Shown here one piece after another: positions 40,331 through 55,100 of a DNA stretch of 64,000 bases; position 1 is the stretch's first letter; every line of letters begins with the position of its first letter. The stretch lies in NCBI RefSeq assembly GCF_009914755.1, contig NC_060927.1; one strand, given 5' to 3'. The notes under the pieces were generated by a model that saw nothing but the letters and a program-made list of their open reading frames with translations, made no database searches and was not told where the DNA came from. A program made the position numbers and the translations under genes. Source of the stretch: the human T2T-CHM13v2.0 reference genome, Homo sapiens.

Positions 40331-43300
40331 TGTATATTTATTCTCTCAGTGTTAGTAAGAATTCCATTAGAGAAAAAGTTTGAATTAAATGTCCTACATT
40401 AAGATCCTGTTACCTTTTCTGAATGCAGAGAACATTAATCTAAAGCTCTCATTTTCTTTTAGATCAATGATAAATATAAAATAAAAGAATAATTCATTTT
40501 AATAAAAAGCATGATTCAAATGATATTTATTTTAATAAAAATAATTTCATCAAAATCTCAATCTCAACTATTAAACACCTACCAGTAAGTTTTTTTCTCT
40601 TTCTTCCATACCACTTATCTTAAAAGTAAGAGAAATCAGTTATTAAAGCTATAATAATTATAAGAAATCTTAAATTGTTTTTAAGCATGTTTACCAAAAA
40701 TCCACCTAAGTGGATGAAAGTACTTATGTTTTTCAAGAGGCTTTGTTTAGTATGTACTGCGTGAAAGACTTTGTGTACGCAGCAGTGAGGAAAGCAGAAA
40801 ACATATCTGCTCTCAGAAGAAGTAAATTCTAATTGTGAAGAGAGACATTAAGTAAAGTCTATAAGAAACTATGTTTATGCAATAACTAATCTGTTTATCT
40901 AAAAGTTAAGGATAAGAAAGATTATTTATAAGTTTAAACATAAAACTTTTAAGTGTTATTTTATTCCTTCTTTCTGAGTTTAAAAGAAAAACTTAGTTAT
41001 TCCATCAGTTTGACCTTTATTGACAAGACTTTAGGATTCATTTTGAATGTTTATGTGGCTGTATTAATAAAGATATTTTCAAGTGTTACTCACACAATTC
41101 CATTCCAAATTACAGGTGTTTTAAATAGTAAGATCCTTTATTTTGTCATATAAGAAGTCCAGGAACTTCAATTCTATGTTATTTTATTGTTAAATAAATA
41201 AACAATGTTGATCCGTTAGGATCAACAACATCGTCCAGAATCCAGGTGTTTCTATCTTTCTTTTATGTCTTTCATAAGGAGTGTGGCAAATACGGTAGAC
41301 AGCTCACTCCATTTTCAAACACCACGTACTGCCTTCCTCTAACATAGGGGCTGGAAAGAAAAAAATTCACTTTCCCAGACTCTTTTCCTTTAAAGAGGGC
41401 TCCTGTGGAAAAATATTTTGTTTTTCCATGAAGTCATTTTGACTTCCTCTTCCTTTCTTCTTCCTCTTTTTACTGTTTTGACCATAGACATGTTGGCTGA
41501 GGCATGATGTACTGCCATCCAGTACTAATAGGAAGAATTAGAGAAGCCTTCTTTTGGATATCCTTAGAGCCGCTATACAGAAGCCAGAAAACACCAACTC
41601 TCACACTTTTTGTTGAGTGAGAAGAACAAAAATTTAAATCTGTTAAAACTTTGTTTCTGTTATTTACAATGACATGAAACAAAGACATGGTTTCTTTGTT
41701 TTACAGTGTATCTGTATGGTGAAAAAAAAGGCTGGAGCAGTTCCAGAATCACATGCAGACATAACATTATTTAAGAAAGAAGATGGCATAAGCTTCTGTG
41801 CATCTCTTGTAGTGAAAAAACTCTCCCGCAAAGTTTACCAGCAGAGCTTCTCTAAGTCTTAACAGATCAAGACTAGGTCACATAACAATTTGTAAAATAT
41901 CTATTGACAAAAGAAACAAGACCAATATGTTTGGATTGAACCAACCACAATTTTTTACTGGGGTTTGAAATAGCATCACCATTTTTGAGTTCATGGCCTT
42001 GTAAGGGATGGACAAACACTGCTTCCGCTAGGAGGAACAAAAAGAATATATACGGATAGGCAAACAGCAGCATTCTCCACACTGATTTAGGATGTAAAAT
42101 TTCAAACAATGGGGTCATATAATTTTGATAAGACCTAACATAGAGCTAAGGCCATAGGTATTAACAGGAGAACATTAACATAATGAGAACATCATATTTA
42201 AAATTCGAAGTTCTCATTCTTAAAAGATGGACATATATTGTTTAAAAACAAAAAAGACAGAGAAACTCTAATTGGATTGTTTTAAATATGACAAGATTCT
42301 TTGGAAATTTAACATTATTGAATGAATACAAGAGTTTGTTTCCCCGCTATCAAGTGTCTCTTACATTGAATTAGAGAAGGAGAAGAAGGGAGGAGGTCAG
42401 GAAGACAACCTCTCCTACTCCAGTTCTACCATAATAATATTATTGCATCTCTTACATTTTGGTCTTCCTTTTATGGTTTCCTTTCCACAACAAAATAATG
42501 CTAGAAACCAAATAGATAATCTGCTAAATTGCAGGACCTCCAAGCTCCCTTCCAAAATGGAAGAAGTTTGATTAATCTATAAAAATAATCTGAATTATCA
42601 GGATTAAATTTGTGATTTTTCCATTTTTGTATTCATATGTAGGGCTTCATAATCTTCTGAGCAAATTCATAAAATTTGCATGATTCTGAAGAACTATATC
42701 AGTATGAGCAAGTTCCTGAATAAGGATTTAGAAATCACGTACAAATCTTATCTGAACACATACGTTAGTAAAAATATTGTTAGTTTGCATTACAGAGGCT
42801 TTGACTAATGATCCTGGTGAGCTATCATTATTATTTTATATTATTTTTTATTTTAAAGGATAGTCTTCAGTCTGTCACTATATAAAACAGTTTTTTAGAC
42901 TTTACTCCAAAAACATGTAACTATTTTTTTCTTAAAACATTGACACTCAGTGATACTGGTTACAGTATAATTTATACCATTGGTCTTCTTGTGAAGTTTT
43001 ATTCCTCATTTGTCAGTTTACTCAGTTCTGCTCTTCAGAGTTATGCAAAAAATTACAATTACAATGCAAAAAATGTCAAAAAATTAGGACATTAATCAAT
43101 TTGACATTTGTCCTGGACAAATACAGTCAGAGAAAAAATGGTAAAACTTTCCAGGTTTTGATGTATTAGTACTAATAAAAATATTTATAATGACTGATAT
43201 TTCTCTAGACTTCTATGCTTTGGAAAATATATATTTAATTTTTTTCATAATGAGCACAATCCATTTAATGGGGAAGTGAAAACCTACTTAATGGAAAAGA

Positions 43301-43738
43301 CATAATAACAAAAATCTTTAAGTCTTTTAATCTAAAAATTCACATCATGTTTATTAGATATTTTTCTATTATGCAAATAATTATTATAGATAATGCAGAA
43401 AAGTAGATAGATGATAAACACATCATCTAAAGTCCACCCACTACCATAACTTTTGAAGATTTTCATCTAGCTTCTAGCTTTGTTTTCATATACAGTACTC
43501 TATTTTCATTTTTTAGCCATGATCATTGGGTACATCTGTGCGAGCATGTTTTTAGGTAGTTAATAAACTTGTTCATTAAATATTATATTTCTGTTTCCTT
43601 AATGGGCCTGTGGGCACATGGTAAATTTGCAGTATCCTACATGTTTTGAAATGGTGAGACCGGTGACTTGGCAATGATACGTCGGGTACAGGATGTGTGC
43701 TACCTTCTGGTTCATTTTTGCTTGTTTGTTTATTTGTG

Positions 43739-43965
43739 TTTTTTCTTTTTTTTTCTTTTCTGAGACAGAGTCTTGCTCTGTGTCTCAGACTGGAGTGCAG
43801 TAGCCTGATGAGCTCACTGCAGCTTCAACATCCTGAGCTCAAGCAGTTCTCCCATCTCAGTCTCCCGAGTAGCTGAGACAACAGGCGTGCACCACCATAC
43901 TCAGCTATATATTTTTTAAAATTTTTTTGTAGAGACGGGTCTCTCTATGTTCCTCAGGCAAGTCT
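43739..43965 (-). mobile_element. AluJ, 5'-truncated, inside an old MLT1 relic (~43560-44215)
   Basis: GCTCACTGCAGCTTCAACATCCTGAGCTCAAGC J-type. Confidence 0.88.
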
Positions 43966-44890
43966 GGTTTCAGTTTTAAAAGCCATTGTGTGATCACCAT
44001 GTCTCCTTCCCAGTGGTACGGACCTGGAGGAAGAATGTATCTTAATTAAGCCTCTTAGCCGGAGTCTCTGATGAAAAATCTAAAAGCCCCCTAGATGACC
44101 TGCAATTACATCTATGGTATAAGTAAAAATTTGACATTTATTGTGTTAAGAAAATGCAAGATTTGGGGTTTAGTGTGTTAAGGGACCATGGACAGCCTAT
44201 CTTGAAGGACATACGCATTACCTACTATTTTTTCTCTCTGTATCAGAACCCATGAAAATGGCCTGTTTTTTAAATTCTTCTTTAAAGAAAAGAATCCTGA
44301 CTCTAACATAATTCACTTCACTTGCTTCTTTACTATTATGAATGACCATGTGATCAACATCATTGAGAAGAAAGTTGTCTGTATGTTTGTGTGTGTTGAA
44401 GCACTTTTTATCTTGTTATAAATTAACTGTACTTTTAAGAATGTTCTAAGGTATATCATCCTATGTTTCTATGGCCTTTGTGCATATTTACTTAAATAAA
44501 TTAATTTTAAACTTTAAATTTACATTATTATCTAATACATTTTTATAACAATTATTCTTCAATGTAATTTCTTTGGCAATGGTTTCCTTTTCTCAGTTTT
44601 AGAAGTATGCTTAAAAAAAAAGATTTGCTTTTGTACATATCGTCACTGCCTAGCTCAGAATAAATTACATTTTAACTCTATGTGTTTAAGGAAGTAACTA
44701 CAATATATGATATTGCAAACTCTATGGAAATCAATACTAAAAACAGAATGTTTAAGAAAATCTAGATACATGAAGAAAAAACTTTTAAAAATAAAATATA
44801 TGTTAAATGCAAGGTAGAATAAGTAAGGTGTTGTTAATCTTAGTGTAATCTGTATTAATTTATATGAACATTAGAAATATCAAAAATAAA

Positions 44891-45010
44891 TTACCAGGTG
44901 CAGTGTTGCATGCCTGTAGTCCCAGCTACTCGGGAGGCTGAGGCGGAAGGATCCCTTGAGGTCCGTCTGTGCAACACGGTGATTCTCCGTCTTTTAAAGA
45001 CACAAAATAA
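44891..45010 (+). mobile_element. FAM/FLAM-like Alu monomer with internal deletion
   Basis: GCCTGTAGTCCCAGCTACTCGGGAGGCTGAGGCGG. Confidence 0.8.
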
Positions 45011-46849
45011 ATGAAGTCTCCTATTAGTAGAACCCTTGAAATTTATGCTAAGTAGCTGAAGTATGCATGACCTTGATCAATTATCTAATACGTCCGCTTA
45101 TAAATTAACAATTCTAAAAACATAAATAGCAAGTTACTTACAATAACACTTACTTTTTAAATTTGTAAAATGGAATTAATAATAGTGCCTATCTCCAAAC
45201 ATATTTTTGAGGGTTACATATAGTGGTGTAAGTTAAAGATTTAGCACAGTTCTCATGTAGATAAAACTTCGATCTTCATAAAAAAATTTTTCTTTGCTAT
45301 TGCTCATTTTAACTATTATGTCTAATGGAATTTATTTTCTTTATGTCTATTTTACATGGAGGTTCCGTCAGTATTCTTTAAAAGTAATGTGTTTTCACTA
45401 GTATATTCATTGGTTGTCATTCTCAAAGCAGAACGAGTCTTCACAAATGTGTATGCACGTTCCTTTGATTTTACTTGCATTTCCACATCTTTGAGTCTAG
45501 GTTTGTCTTGCGTTTGGCTTTGAATACTAGAGTGTGGCAAAAGTGAATGGATTATAAGTCAAGGCCTAAAGAAGGCTTATAGCTTGCCCTCTTAGAAAGT
45601 GGTACATCATTGAAGAAGCTTTGGCTAGCTGCTTTAAACATATGATCATACAAAACAGACAAACCATCCAAGCAGAAGCACCTTAGACCAACTATCCTGC
45701 CAGCCAAAGTCCAGATGATTCCAGAAAAATCAGCCACTTGAATTGCTCGCATACAGAATTTTGAGCCAATTAAAACTTTATTTTAAATCTTGGAGTGGCT
45801 TGTTAAACAATAAAAGGTAAATAAAAAATATCATTAAAAATATTCAGTTTCTTTCATAGTTTCCCTGGGCTGAGCCATCCATTCAATAATTATTTTTTGT
45901 AAACCACAAACAAAAGAATTATAGTTATTGAATACTAACTACATGCTAGACACTGAAGATACAAAGTCAAAGCCGCAAGATTCAAATTTCAATCAATGGA
46001 TTCTGGGTAATTTTCTAACTTGCCTCCCTATTTTCTGCTATTTCATATCTTACCCATTAATGCCTTTGCAATGGGTAAATTTCCCTAAACACCATTTCCA
46101 AACATCATTTGTGTGCCTGTGTGTGTGTGTTGGTGTGTGTGCATGTCCACACACACACACGTGCCAAGGATTCCAAGAAAAAATTATTCCCTCCCAGCAC
46201 TTCCCATAATCACAATCATGCAAATAAAACTACCAAATCATTGTAATTTAAAATAATGAGCAACATAATAGAGGCATAAAGGGATTAATATGAGGGCAAT
46301 GTAAAAATTTCCAGGAACAGTCAATCAAAATTTCATAGACTGACAATTAAGCAAGGTCTAGGACAATCTTTTGTCAGATAGAGAAAAGTAAGCAGGCCAC
46401 TATGGACAATGAAAAAACTCATGTTCAAAGAAATGAAAAGTGAATGTACATAACATGTTTAAGGATAATGAGTATTCTACTTGAGAAGCATTAAAAAAAA
46501 TAAGGATAATGAGTAGAGTTCAGAGAATAGATTCTCAAAAGTTGTATTTGAAAGGTAGACTGGGTCAGACCAGATAGAAAGTCTTTTTTGAAGACCAATA
46601 TGAGTATATTATTTTACATACAAGAAAGCAGGCTTAAATAATGTGAAAGCTGGGTATCATACTTACCTAGCTAATAGGTGATAACAAATTAGCACTTTGA
46701 ATATAAAGTTCTACACATGATTTTATTGTATGGTATCATAAATTTTATTGTACTTTGAATTAAAGTAATGTAGACATTCAGTACTCAATTTTTAGGGGTC
46801 TTTTTCTTTTAGGCAAAGATGACCCACTGCATTTGGGTTTTTTTCAGTT

Positions 46850-46982
46850 TTTATTATTAAAAAATATTTTGTAGAAATGAGGTCTCACTATATTGCTCAG
46901 GCTGGTCTCAAACTCCTAGATTGGAGCAATCCTCCTGCCTCAGCCCCCCAAAGTGCTGGGATTACAAGCCATCACACTGCAT
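46850..46982 (-). mobile_element. FLAM/Alu left monomer
   Basis: GTAGAAATGAGGTCTCACTATATTGCTCAGGCTGGTCTC...CCAAAGTGCTGGGATTACA. Confidence 0.85.
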
Positions 46983-47148
46983 TTGAACTGACTTTGGCTA
47001 AAAAACTAATATGGCCAAACAAGCCCACGATATATCTGACTTCTGCTGAAAACATGAGCTGAACCCGGTATCAACAGAATCTTTCCCTCCCTCTTGTCTC
47101 TTCTCTCCCCTCTTAGCAGCCCTCTTCTTCTATGTTGATTCCATTTTC

Positions 47149-47392
47149 TTTTTTTTTTAATTTTATTATTATTATACTTTAAGTTTTAGGGTACATGTGC
47201 ACAACATGCAGGTTTGTTACATATGTATACATGTGCCATGTTGGTGTGCTGCACCCATTACCTTGTCATTTAGCATTAGGTATATCTCCTAATGCTATCC
47301 CTCCCCCTTCCCCCACCCCACAACAGTCCCCGGTGTGTGATGTTCCCCTTCCTGTGTCCATGTGTTCTCATTGTTCAATTCCTACCTATTAG
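47149..47392 (-). mobile_element. Young 5'-truncated L1PA (L1PA3/4-like) 3' end
   Basis: TTATACTTTAAGTTTTAGGGTACATGTGCACAAC...GTTCTCATTGTTCAATTCC; perfect 13-bp TSD TGATTCCATTTTC (47136-47148, 47393-47405). Confidence 0.95.
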
Positions 47393-49038
47393 TGATTCCA
47401 TTTTCAAACAAACTTTTACATCACTGTTGCAAGATGGTTTTCTCAGATCTTCATGTTACATTTGTCTAGGTTCAAATCACGAAAAGACTCCAAGAATGCC
47501 CAAGAGAACTCCTGAGAAGCAATCCAGTTTCACTGGAGAAATATATTGACTGACCTGCTGGACTGGAGCTAAAGCTGACACAACTTGTCCTGGGGGTGGG
47601 GTAAAGGTGGATTTGCCTTTCACATGTAAACGAGTTATAGGAGAAATAGAAAGAAATGCAGCCATGCTTATTGTCTATTAGCAGGATCATCTATTAAAAA
47701 CCACGTTTTGAAGAGAAAATTAAGATCTTAGATGTGTAAGTTGTAATAAGTCTCTACTATGGCAGAGAGAGAAAGTGTCCTGATTCCTAGCCCAAACAAA
47801 TGTCCATATGAACAGCCTTTCTGTCCATAAAAAATTGAGTCTTATTGAGCACTATGTACTAGGCAGCACCTTAAATATTTTCTGCTAGATAGATGTATAT
47901 AATTTTTTACAGCTTTTCATTCTAACTATATAAAAAATACCATTTAATAAAAAGTTTTCTCCAAAAATGTATTAATATGCAATGGAAAGTTATTTAATAA
48001 AGCTGTGGTAAATGGAAAGGACATGTTCTAGTGGTCCTCTGAGGTGATAATGGTAGGCATATGAGAATTGCTTCTATTAAATTTTGTATATTGTACTCAT
48101 TAATAAATACTACTATGATTTTTAAAAATCAGGTGAAAATAACAAGGTATCCAATGACTCGTTGTTATAGTTATCATTTCCTTCACTCACCTCAAAAATG
48201 TGTGTGGGTTTTTTTTTTTTTTTTTTGAGTACCTCCCCTTGTATCTGAAAAGGTCCCTAAAATGTCTCCCTTTTTTTAATGGCAGAATACCAATTTCACG
48301 CTAAATGCATGAGAGCCCTCATTCCATGGGAGCACATATCTATTAATCTTTCTTTTTTCCCCCGTCTTTCATTTTAAACAGTAGGTTTATTCTATGTTAG
48401 ATTTTCTTTCCAAAGCTTTACAGATTTATTCTTTAATTATATATGTGTTGATTATGCTTACAATTATACTTGATATTATATTTCTCTATCTGGCTCAGAG
48501 AGACTGCTAATGAAGCAACTTTGTAGTAAAAAAAAATACAAATGGAAAGCAAAATTGTTTTCTGAACTCATTTGCAAGTGATGGTGCTGAGAATGCATAT
48601 TTTTGCATCTCCTTCCAGTGATTTTTTAAGGCCCTCAATAATCATACATGTTTTATATTTAAGATGGTAGCCTGGGAAGACTGGAGTTATGTTATACTAC
48701 AATAATGGTCTCATTGTTACTTTACCTTTGCTGCCGTTTCTTTCTATTTCATACTAGAGAGCTCCATCAGCATTTTTGCAATGCTGTTCAGCTGATAACT
48801 GAATTGTAGAGTGACTGTGTAACAGGACAGTTGGCACTTAGTCCTAATGAATAAAGCGGAATGTGGCCCTGTCTTTTTTCTCCCTTAAGGGTCAGTATGC
48901 AATACCCACACAATAGTGTCAGTCATTTTCCCTAAGAGGAAAGGTGAACATAAATTTGTTCTGAGGTCCTAGTTATTGCAATAGAAAAATCTAATTTGTG
49001 AGGTGGAATGCAGAGCAGAATTATTCAGGTAAGACTGA

Positions 49039-49731
<693 letters not shown>

Positions 49732-50839
49732 ATTAGATCATTGATTATTACATTTGAACATAATTCACATAAATTCCATTATATAGACAAATTCGTTTTA
49801 AAGAACAAAGTATATAAGGTACTTTATAAAGTCAAAAAATCCTTTGAATTTTAAATGCAGAAATCCTGGAGGGAGGTATTTCATCTGTAGAATTGATTGA
49901 AGAAGACCAAATAATGTAAACATTCCGTAAACTGTGCGATACAAGAAAAACATACATCATTTTATGGTTAGGGCTCTTCCATTAGCAGCAATTTTATAAG
50001 TGTGCATCATTAGGTCATGGTTGCATGTGTTATAACACAAATAAATGTAATTATTCCAAATCAGCAGTAACCTGATTACACTAGGATCCAACACAAAGTT
50101 GTTTAAGTTAGAACTCAGTAACTAAATTCAGAAATAGCTGTCATTTCACTTAAAAACTATATAATTAATGTAAATTCGATCAATCATCCATAATTTATAA
50201 ATTAAACTCATGTATTAACATTGTACTCATAGTAAAACATCTATGAGTAGAGGAAAATCATAAAATGACAGAATACTTGAATGAGATTTTACAACAGCAA
50301 AAACAATAAACAATCAAAATAAAAACAAAAACCAAACAGGAAGAAAACTTTGGAAGAACACAATTTCTCTAGCATTGTATGACTTACACTTACTGCTTGC
50401 AAACCCTAGACTGTACATTGGAACTCTCTCAACTACTGCATTCTTCTTATCATATGGTTGTAATATAGTATTTTAGCTGAAGGCCTGGACCACAAACTGA
50501 AAGGAACATGTGAACTTATCCTGCCCTCAATACTCTAAACATCACAAGACAAATAGTTATTTATTTTCTTCTTGAAGAGTCAATTTTGACCAACCATGTG
50601 ACACTGTGTCAACTCTTTAACCTCCTTGTTTCAGTTTCTTCATTAATGAAGAAAAGCAGTGCTAATTCAAGAAATTAATGTAAGCATCAACTGAGAGTAT
50701 GCTGGCAAGTGTTTATATAATCTTCCCTGCTGTTCCACAAAGGTAATTGAAAGTGTTATTACATTTGTTTTAGTTAAAGAAATATACATATTAAGATGCT
50801 TATTTTTCTTTTTGACTATTTCATCCACATATTTGCTAC

Positions 50840-51015
50840 CTGTATTAATTTTCATTGCTAGGCTAAGAAATTACACACATGTAGTGACTTAACATCAATT
50901 TATTATCTTACAGTTCTGCAGTACAGAAGTCCTAACATCAAGGTGTTGACAGGGTTTCTTCTTCCATTTCAGTCTGGAGGCTCTTTGAGGAAAATTCATT
51001 TCCTTGCTGTTTTAT
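50840..51015 (-). mobile_element. MLT1 LTR fragment
   Basis: ATTTATTATCTTACAGTTCTG...CAGAAGTCC...ATCAAGGTGTTG. Confidence 0.65.
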
Positions 51016-51944
51016 AAAAAGTCCTTACATGCAAAGTGGCCTCTTAATGCATGAAGATAGGCTATTGAAGAAGAAAGAGACAAGTGTGGAGGCTAAAGTA
51101 AGTCCATTTAGTCTTCCCAGCATAGTTATAGTGATTATTCAAAAACATAAATATGATCCAATCACTCTAATTCTTATAATCTTTCAATACTTCTCTCTGG
51201 TCTCAGTAAACTGTTTGAGCTCTTTGGCTTGGTGCACAAGGTCCTTATGAATCAGTCCTGAGCCAGCTCTTGAGGTTAATGCTCTTGTCACCCTCCCTCA
51301 CCCACAAACCACACATTCACTGTTCTATCACAGTGAACTTCATGTAGTTCTTCCAGTGTGCTATGCCCTCTTCTTTCCAGGCTTTTCTACAGGATGCTCA
51401 CTTTATCTGAACTATCCTTCCTCTACCACCCTTTCATCTGGCTGCCTGGGAATCAACTCAGCTTTTCCTTGGAAAAGCCATTCCAGACTTTTCTTCGTTT
51501 TGCAAGTTGACTCTCCTTTGTACTCCACTAGATCCGTACATAAATATATCTTAACGTTATCTTTGCTTAGGAGACTTTTCTTTGCAAGTAATAGAAAGCC
51601 TGACACAAACTGACTTTAACAATGAAGCAATGTGTTATTTCACACAGCCACAAAGTATGCCATTATCAAGGTTCTGGTTTCCTCTCCGCAAAAGAATGTG
51701 TTTTTTTGCACGCTTTATTGTGTTAGATTTATTTTCTATATGCCAAATAAGCCAAGGTAACTGCAAGAAATAATTGGAGCAAAATGTCCCCTTATTCAAT
51801 TCTAAAGGGTGAAAGAGAAAGCCTTTCCACAATTATTTTTATTGAACCAACTGGACCAATGACAGTTGCCAGAAGAGAGCTATAATCTCACAACTAGATT
51901 CATTTCTAAATCAGGAAGGAATAGGGTTACTTAACTCAACTTAG

Positions 51945-52141
51945 GCCAGGTTCTCAATAGTAACGGTATTGACATTTTGAACCAGATAATTCCTTATTCT
52001 GTAAATTGTAGGCTACTTAGCAACATCCTTGTCCTCTACTCACTAGATGGCATCCCCCAAGTTGTAGCAACGAACAATGTCTTCAGACATTGCCAAATAT
52101 GTCCTAGAGGGCAAAATCAGTCGCATTTTTAGAGCTACTGG
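51945..52141 (-). mobile_element. MER20 hAT transposon
   Basis: ATTGACATTTTGAACCAGATAATTC...CCTCTACTCACTAGATG...AATGTCTTCAGACATTGCCAAA...GGGCAAAATC. Confidence 0.85.
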
Positions 52142-55100
52142 CTTAGAATAATGAAGTCATATTTCCAGAGCCATGGCTTCATGAAGAAGTTGTGGATAAT
52201 TAAAGAGAATTAAGGGTCTATTTAGAAGAGAAAGGAAAGAATGGATGTCAGGTGGGCAATCTACAGTATCCATTAACTGTATTATATTTACTTTGTCTTT
52301 GTCCTCTGCTAGGAAGGACATTTCTGGAAGCTTTGTTTTGTTTCTTGCTTTTCTTATCCCTAGTAACTGGCATATACTATGGTCTTAATACATTTTTATT
52401 AAATTGATATATGAATTATGCATTGAAGAAGGGAATTCATTAATGCTTTTTCACTGCTATCCCACAAGTATTTAACATAGATTCTACAAGAATCCATGCT
52501 TTTGGTGGGAAAAATGCTTTCTGATTTGTAGCTAAAGATAAAGAAGACACATTTTTTTCCATCTGCTGTGAAGATGATAGAGCAGTGAAGTAGAAGTGAG
52601 GGGTGAAGAAGAGGTAAGTTTACTATTGTTAAACATGGAAAACTTGTTGTCTAAATGAAGAAAGGGAGTACAATTAACATGATAGAGGCATAAACAAGAG
52701 AAAGCACCTGGTGAGTCAAGCCACTTGCTATTCGCTCTGAATAGAAAGCAAAAGTTGAAATTGTGCTTTGTAACACAATATGCCACTATTGATTTTTCCC
52801 TCTGAACAAGCCATTCTTAAATCATGTGCCCTAAGTCAAAGCTTGCCTGTATTTGGCACATTGGAATACATTACTAATTTATTCATTTAAACCTTGGACT
52901 TCATGGAAACATAACCAATAAACTATGAATCAACTTTTCACTGGAGATTCACATGGATTTTTCTCTTCACCCACTTGGTTTGTTTAGTAATAAGATAATT
53001 AGTTTCCCAACCTCTCAGGTTGTTGAATTTAATTAAAAGGTTAGTACATGACAAAGCAAACTATAATTTTATAATTATTTACACTTATGCTACAAATATT
53101 AGCTCTGCAGGAGTGTTCAGAAAAATTTAAATGCATTGTAATTTCAAAGAATTTTATGTACATTAATGAGATGTTAAGACTAAATTATATTTTAATTTAT
53201 TCTAATATTTGACTTTCACGAAATTCCACAAAATGATGTAATTCCATTATTATTGACCAAGTTCCCCTCTTGAAACCTGAAGACACGTTGACCTTCCTTC
53301 TAACTCTCTCTCTGGATCATTATTTAGGTGCCAAGCAATTTGTCGCAGCCTGAGTTTCCGCTTTCATTTAATAACTGAAACCTAAATGTTACCATCAAAA
53401 CACAGTGGTCTGTTGCGCAGTGATCCATATGAGAACAGTGAACTTACGTCTCCGTAAATTTGTTAGTCATCTATGAGGGAAAGCAATGCTGACCTCGTAA
53501 TGTCAAATCCCATTTAGAGGTGGTGAATAGGTTGGATGAGGTACTTGATGTCTTTTGAGCTGTGTTAAGAAATACACTTCAGTGTAGGAGGATGAAAGCC
53601 TTGGTAAATTAATGTGGAGATTGTGGCCTATCCAAATAATTTATAGTAGAATCCCATCTTCCAGAAGAAAAGAATGTAGTTAATAAACGTTCTGACTCAA
53701 GTAAACAGTTTCAGGCAACACATGCTTTTCAGTAAGTACTTGAAGTACCAACATTGACCTTCCACCTTCACAGACCTCTACCTGTGTCTTTTTTCTACAA
53801 TTTTATTCGTAAGAAACTGTTTATTGCTTTTGCCACAAGCAGAAATTTCAAGCTCATTGGAAGGGCATAACCTGGTTTTTAAGATTACATGTCTGGACTG
53901 ATGAATTGGATTACATAGTTACTTTCTAGTTACTTCCAGTCTGTTGTCGGTTTCTTTAAAAGTTACAATTATCAAATCAAAAACAAATTATTTAGATAAA
54001 ATTATTTTTAGGGATTTTGACATTTTAATGCCAAAGAATCAAAGAATAAAATGAGATTTAGCTTGAACTTCTTAATTAATTGCCAGGTTTTTTTCTTGGC
54101 ATTTACGTCAGTACATGCCCCCCCTTCTTCCAGGGGAGAGAGGATATTTCCCCAAATCGGAACCACCATGTCTTCCAAAGCAGAAATTTCAAGAGAGCAA
54201 CATTATTTCATGGTGACCACATTGAACATATCTACGCAATAGCTAATTTAAAGAAAGAAACAATGCATGTATAAATATTGGTTGATTGGGTTTCTGTACT
54301 GACAATCTAAATTCAAAATTTCTGCTTCCAGTGCCTTAAGGTGCTCATAATTTATCCCTTGGATAATGGCAGTAACTTGCCTTCTATTTCTTCTTCCTCC
54401 AAGTTTCACTTAAATTTTCTGTAATTGACATTGTGATTTGTAAATCAACTTCTACTACCTCTTGCTCGAAAGCTTCCTGAGATTTGACAATGGCTTTGAT
54501 AGCTTTAGTTAATGTTCAAACTGTTTATGATGACAAACAGGACCCTTTCTGACATGAATTCTGGTCCCTCTTTGCCTCTCCTCATGTCATCAGTGGTCAA
54601 ACTGAAGCATTTTTCTTCCTCCTAATTTGCCTTGCTCATCCATGCCCCTGTGCCTTTGTTCCCATTGTTTTGTTGGTGTAAATGAGATTCTCTTAACTAT
54701 TGTGATCTAATAATCAGATCAAGTGTCCTTCCAAATCCCTATGTGGGCCTCTTAGAGATGCAAAACATTTACTGGGTACACACATTTCTTGTGAGGTATT
54801 GTGATGATTGATTTTGCATTCCTTCTAGCCCATTAGTCAATGAGCTACTCGGGGGGTCTGGCCATGTATGGCCAATGCTGGGTCAGTGTTTTTTAAGTAA
54901 AGAAATCAATAAACCGTGAGATAATGGTTGTGTGTTCTCCTTGGGTGCTTTTCTTTTCCATGATATTTCCCTAATCAGTGAGAAGCCACACAATTGCATT
55001 TAGGAAATTTGAGTTCTTACAGCAGAAATGCTTATTTCACTGTTTATTTTTTAGCTTCAATATAGACTCTTAAAAATAATGATCTAACATAACTGTTATA

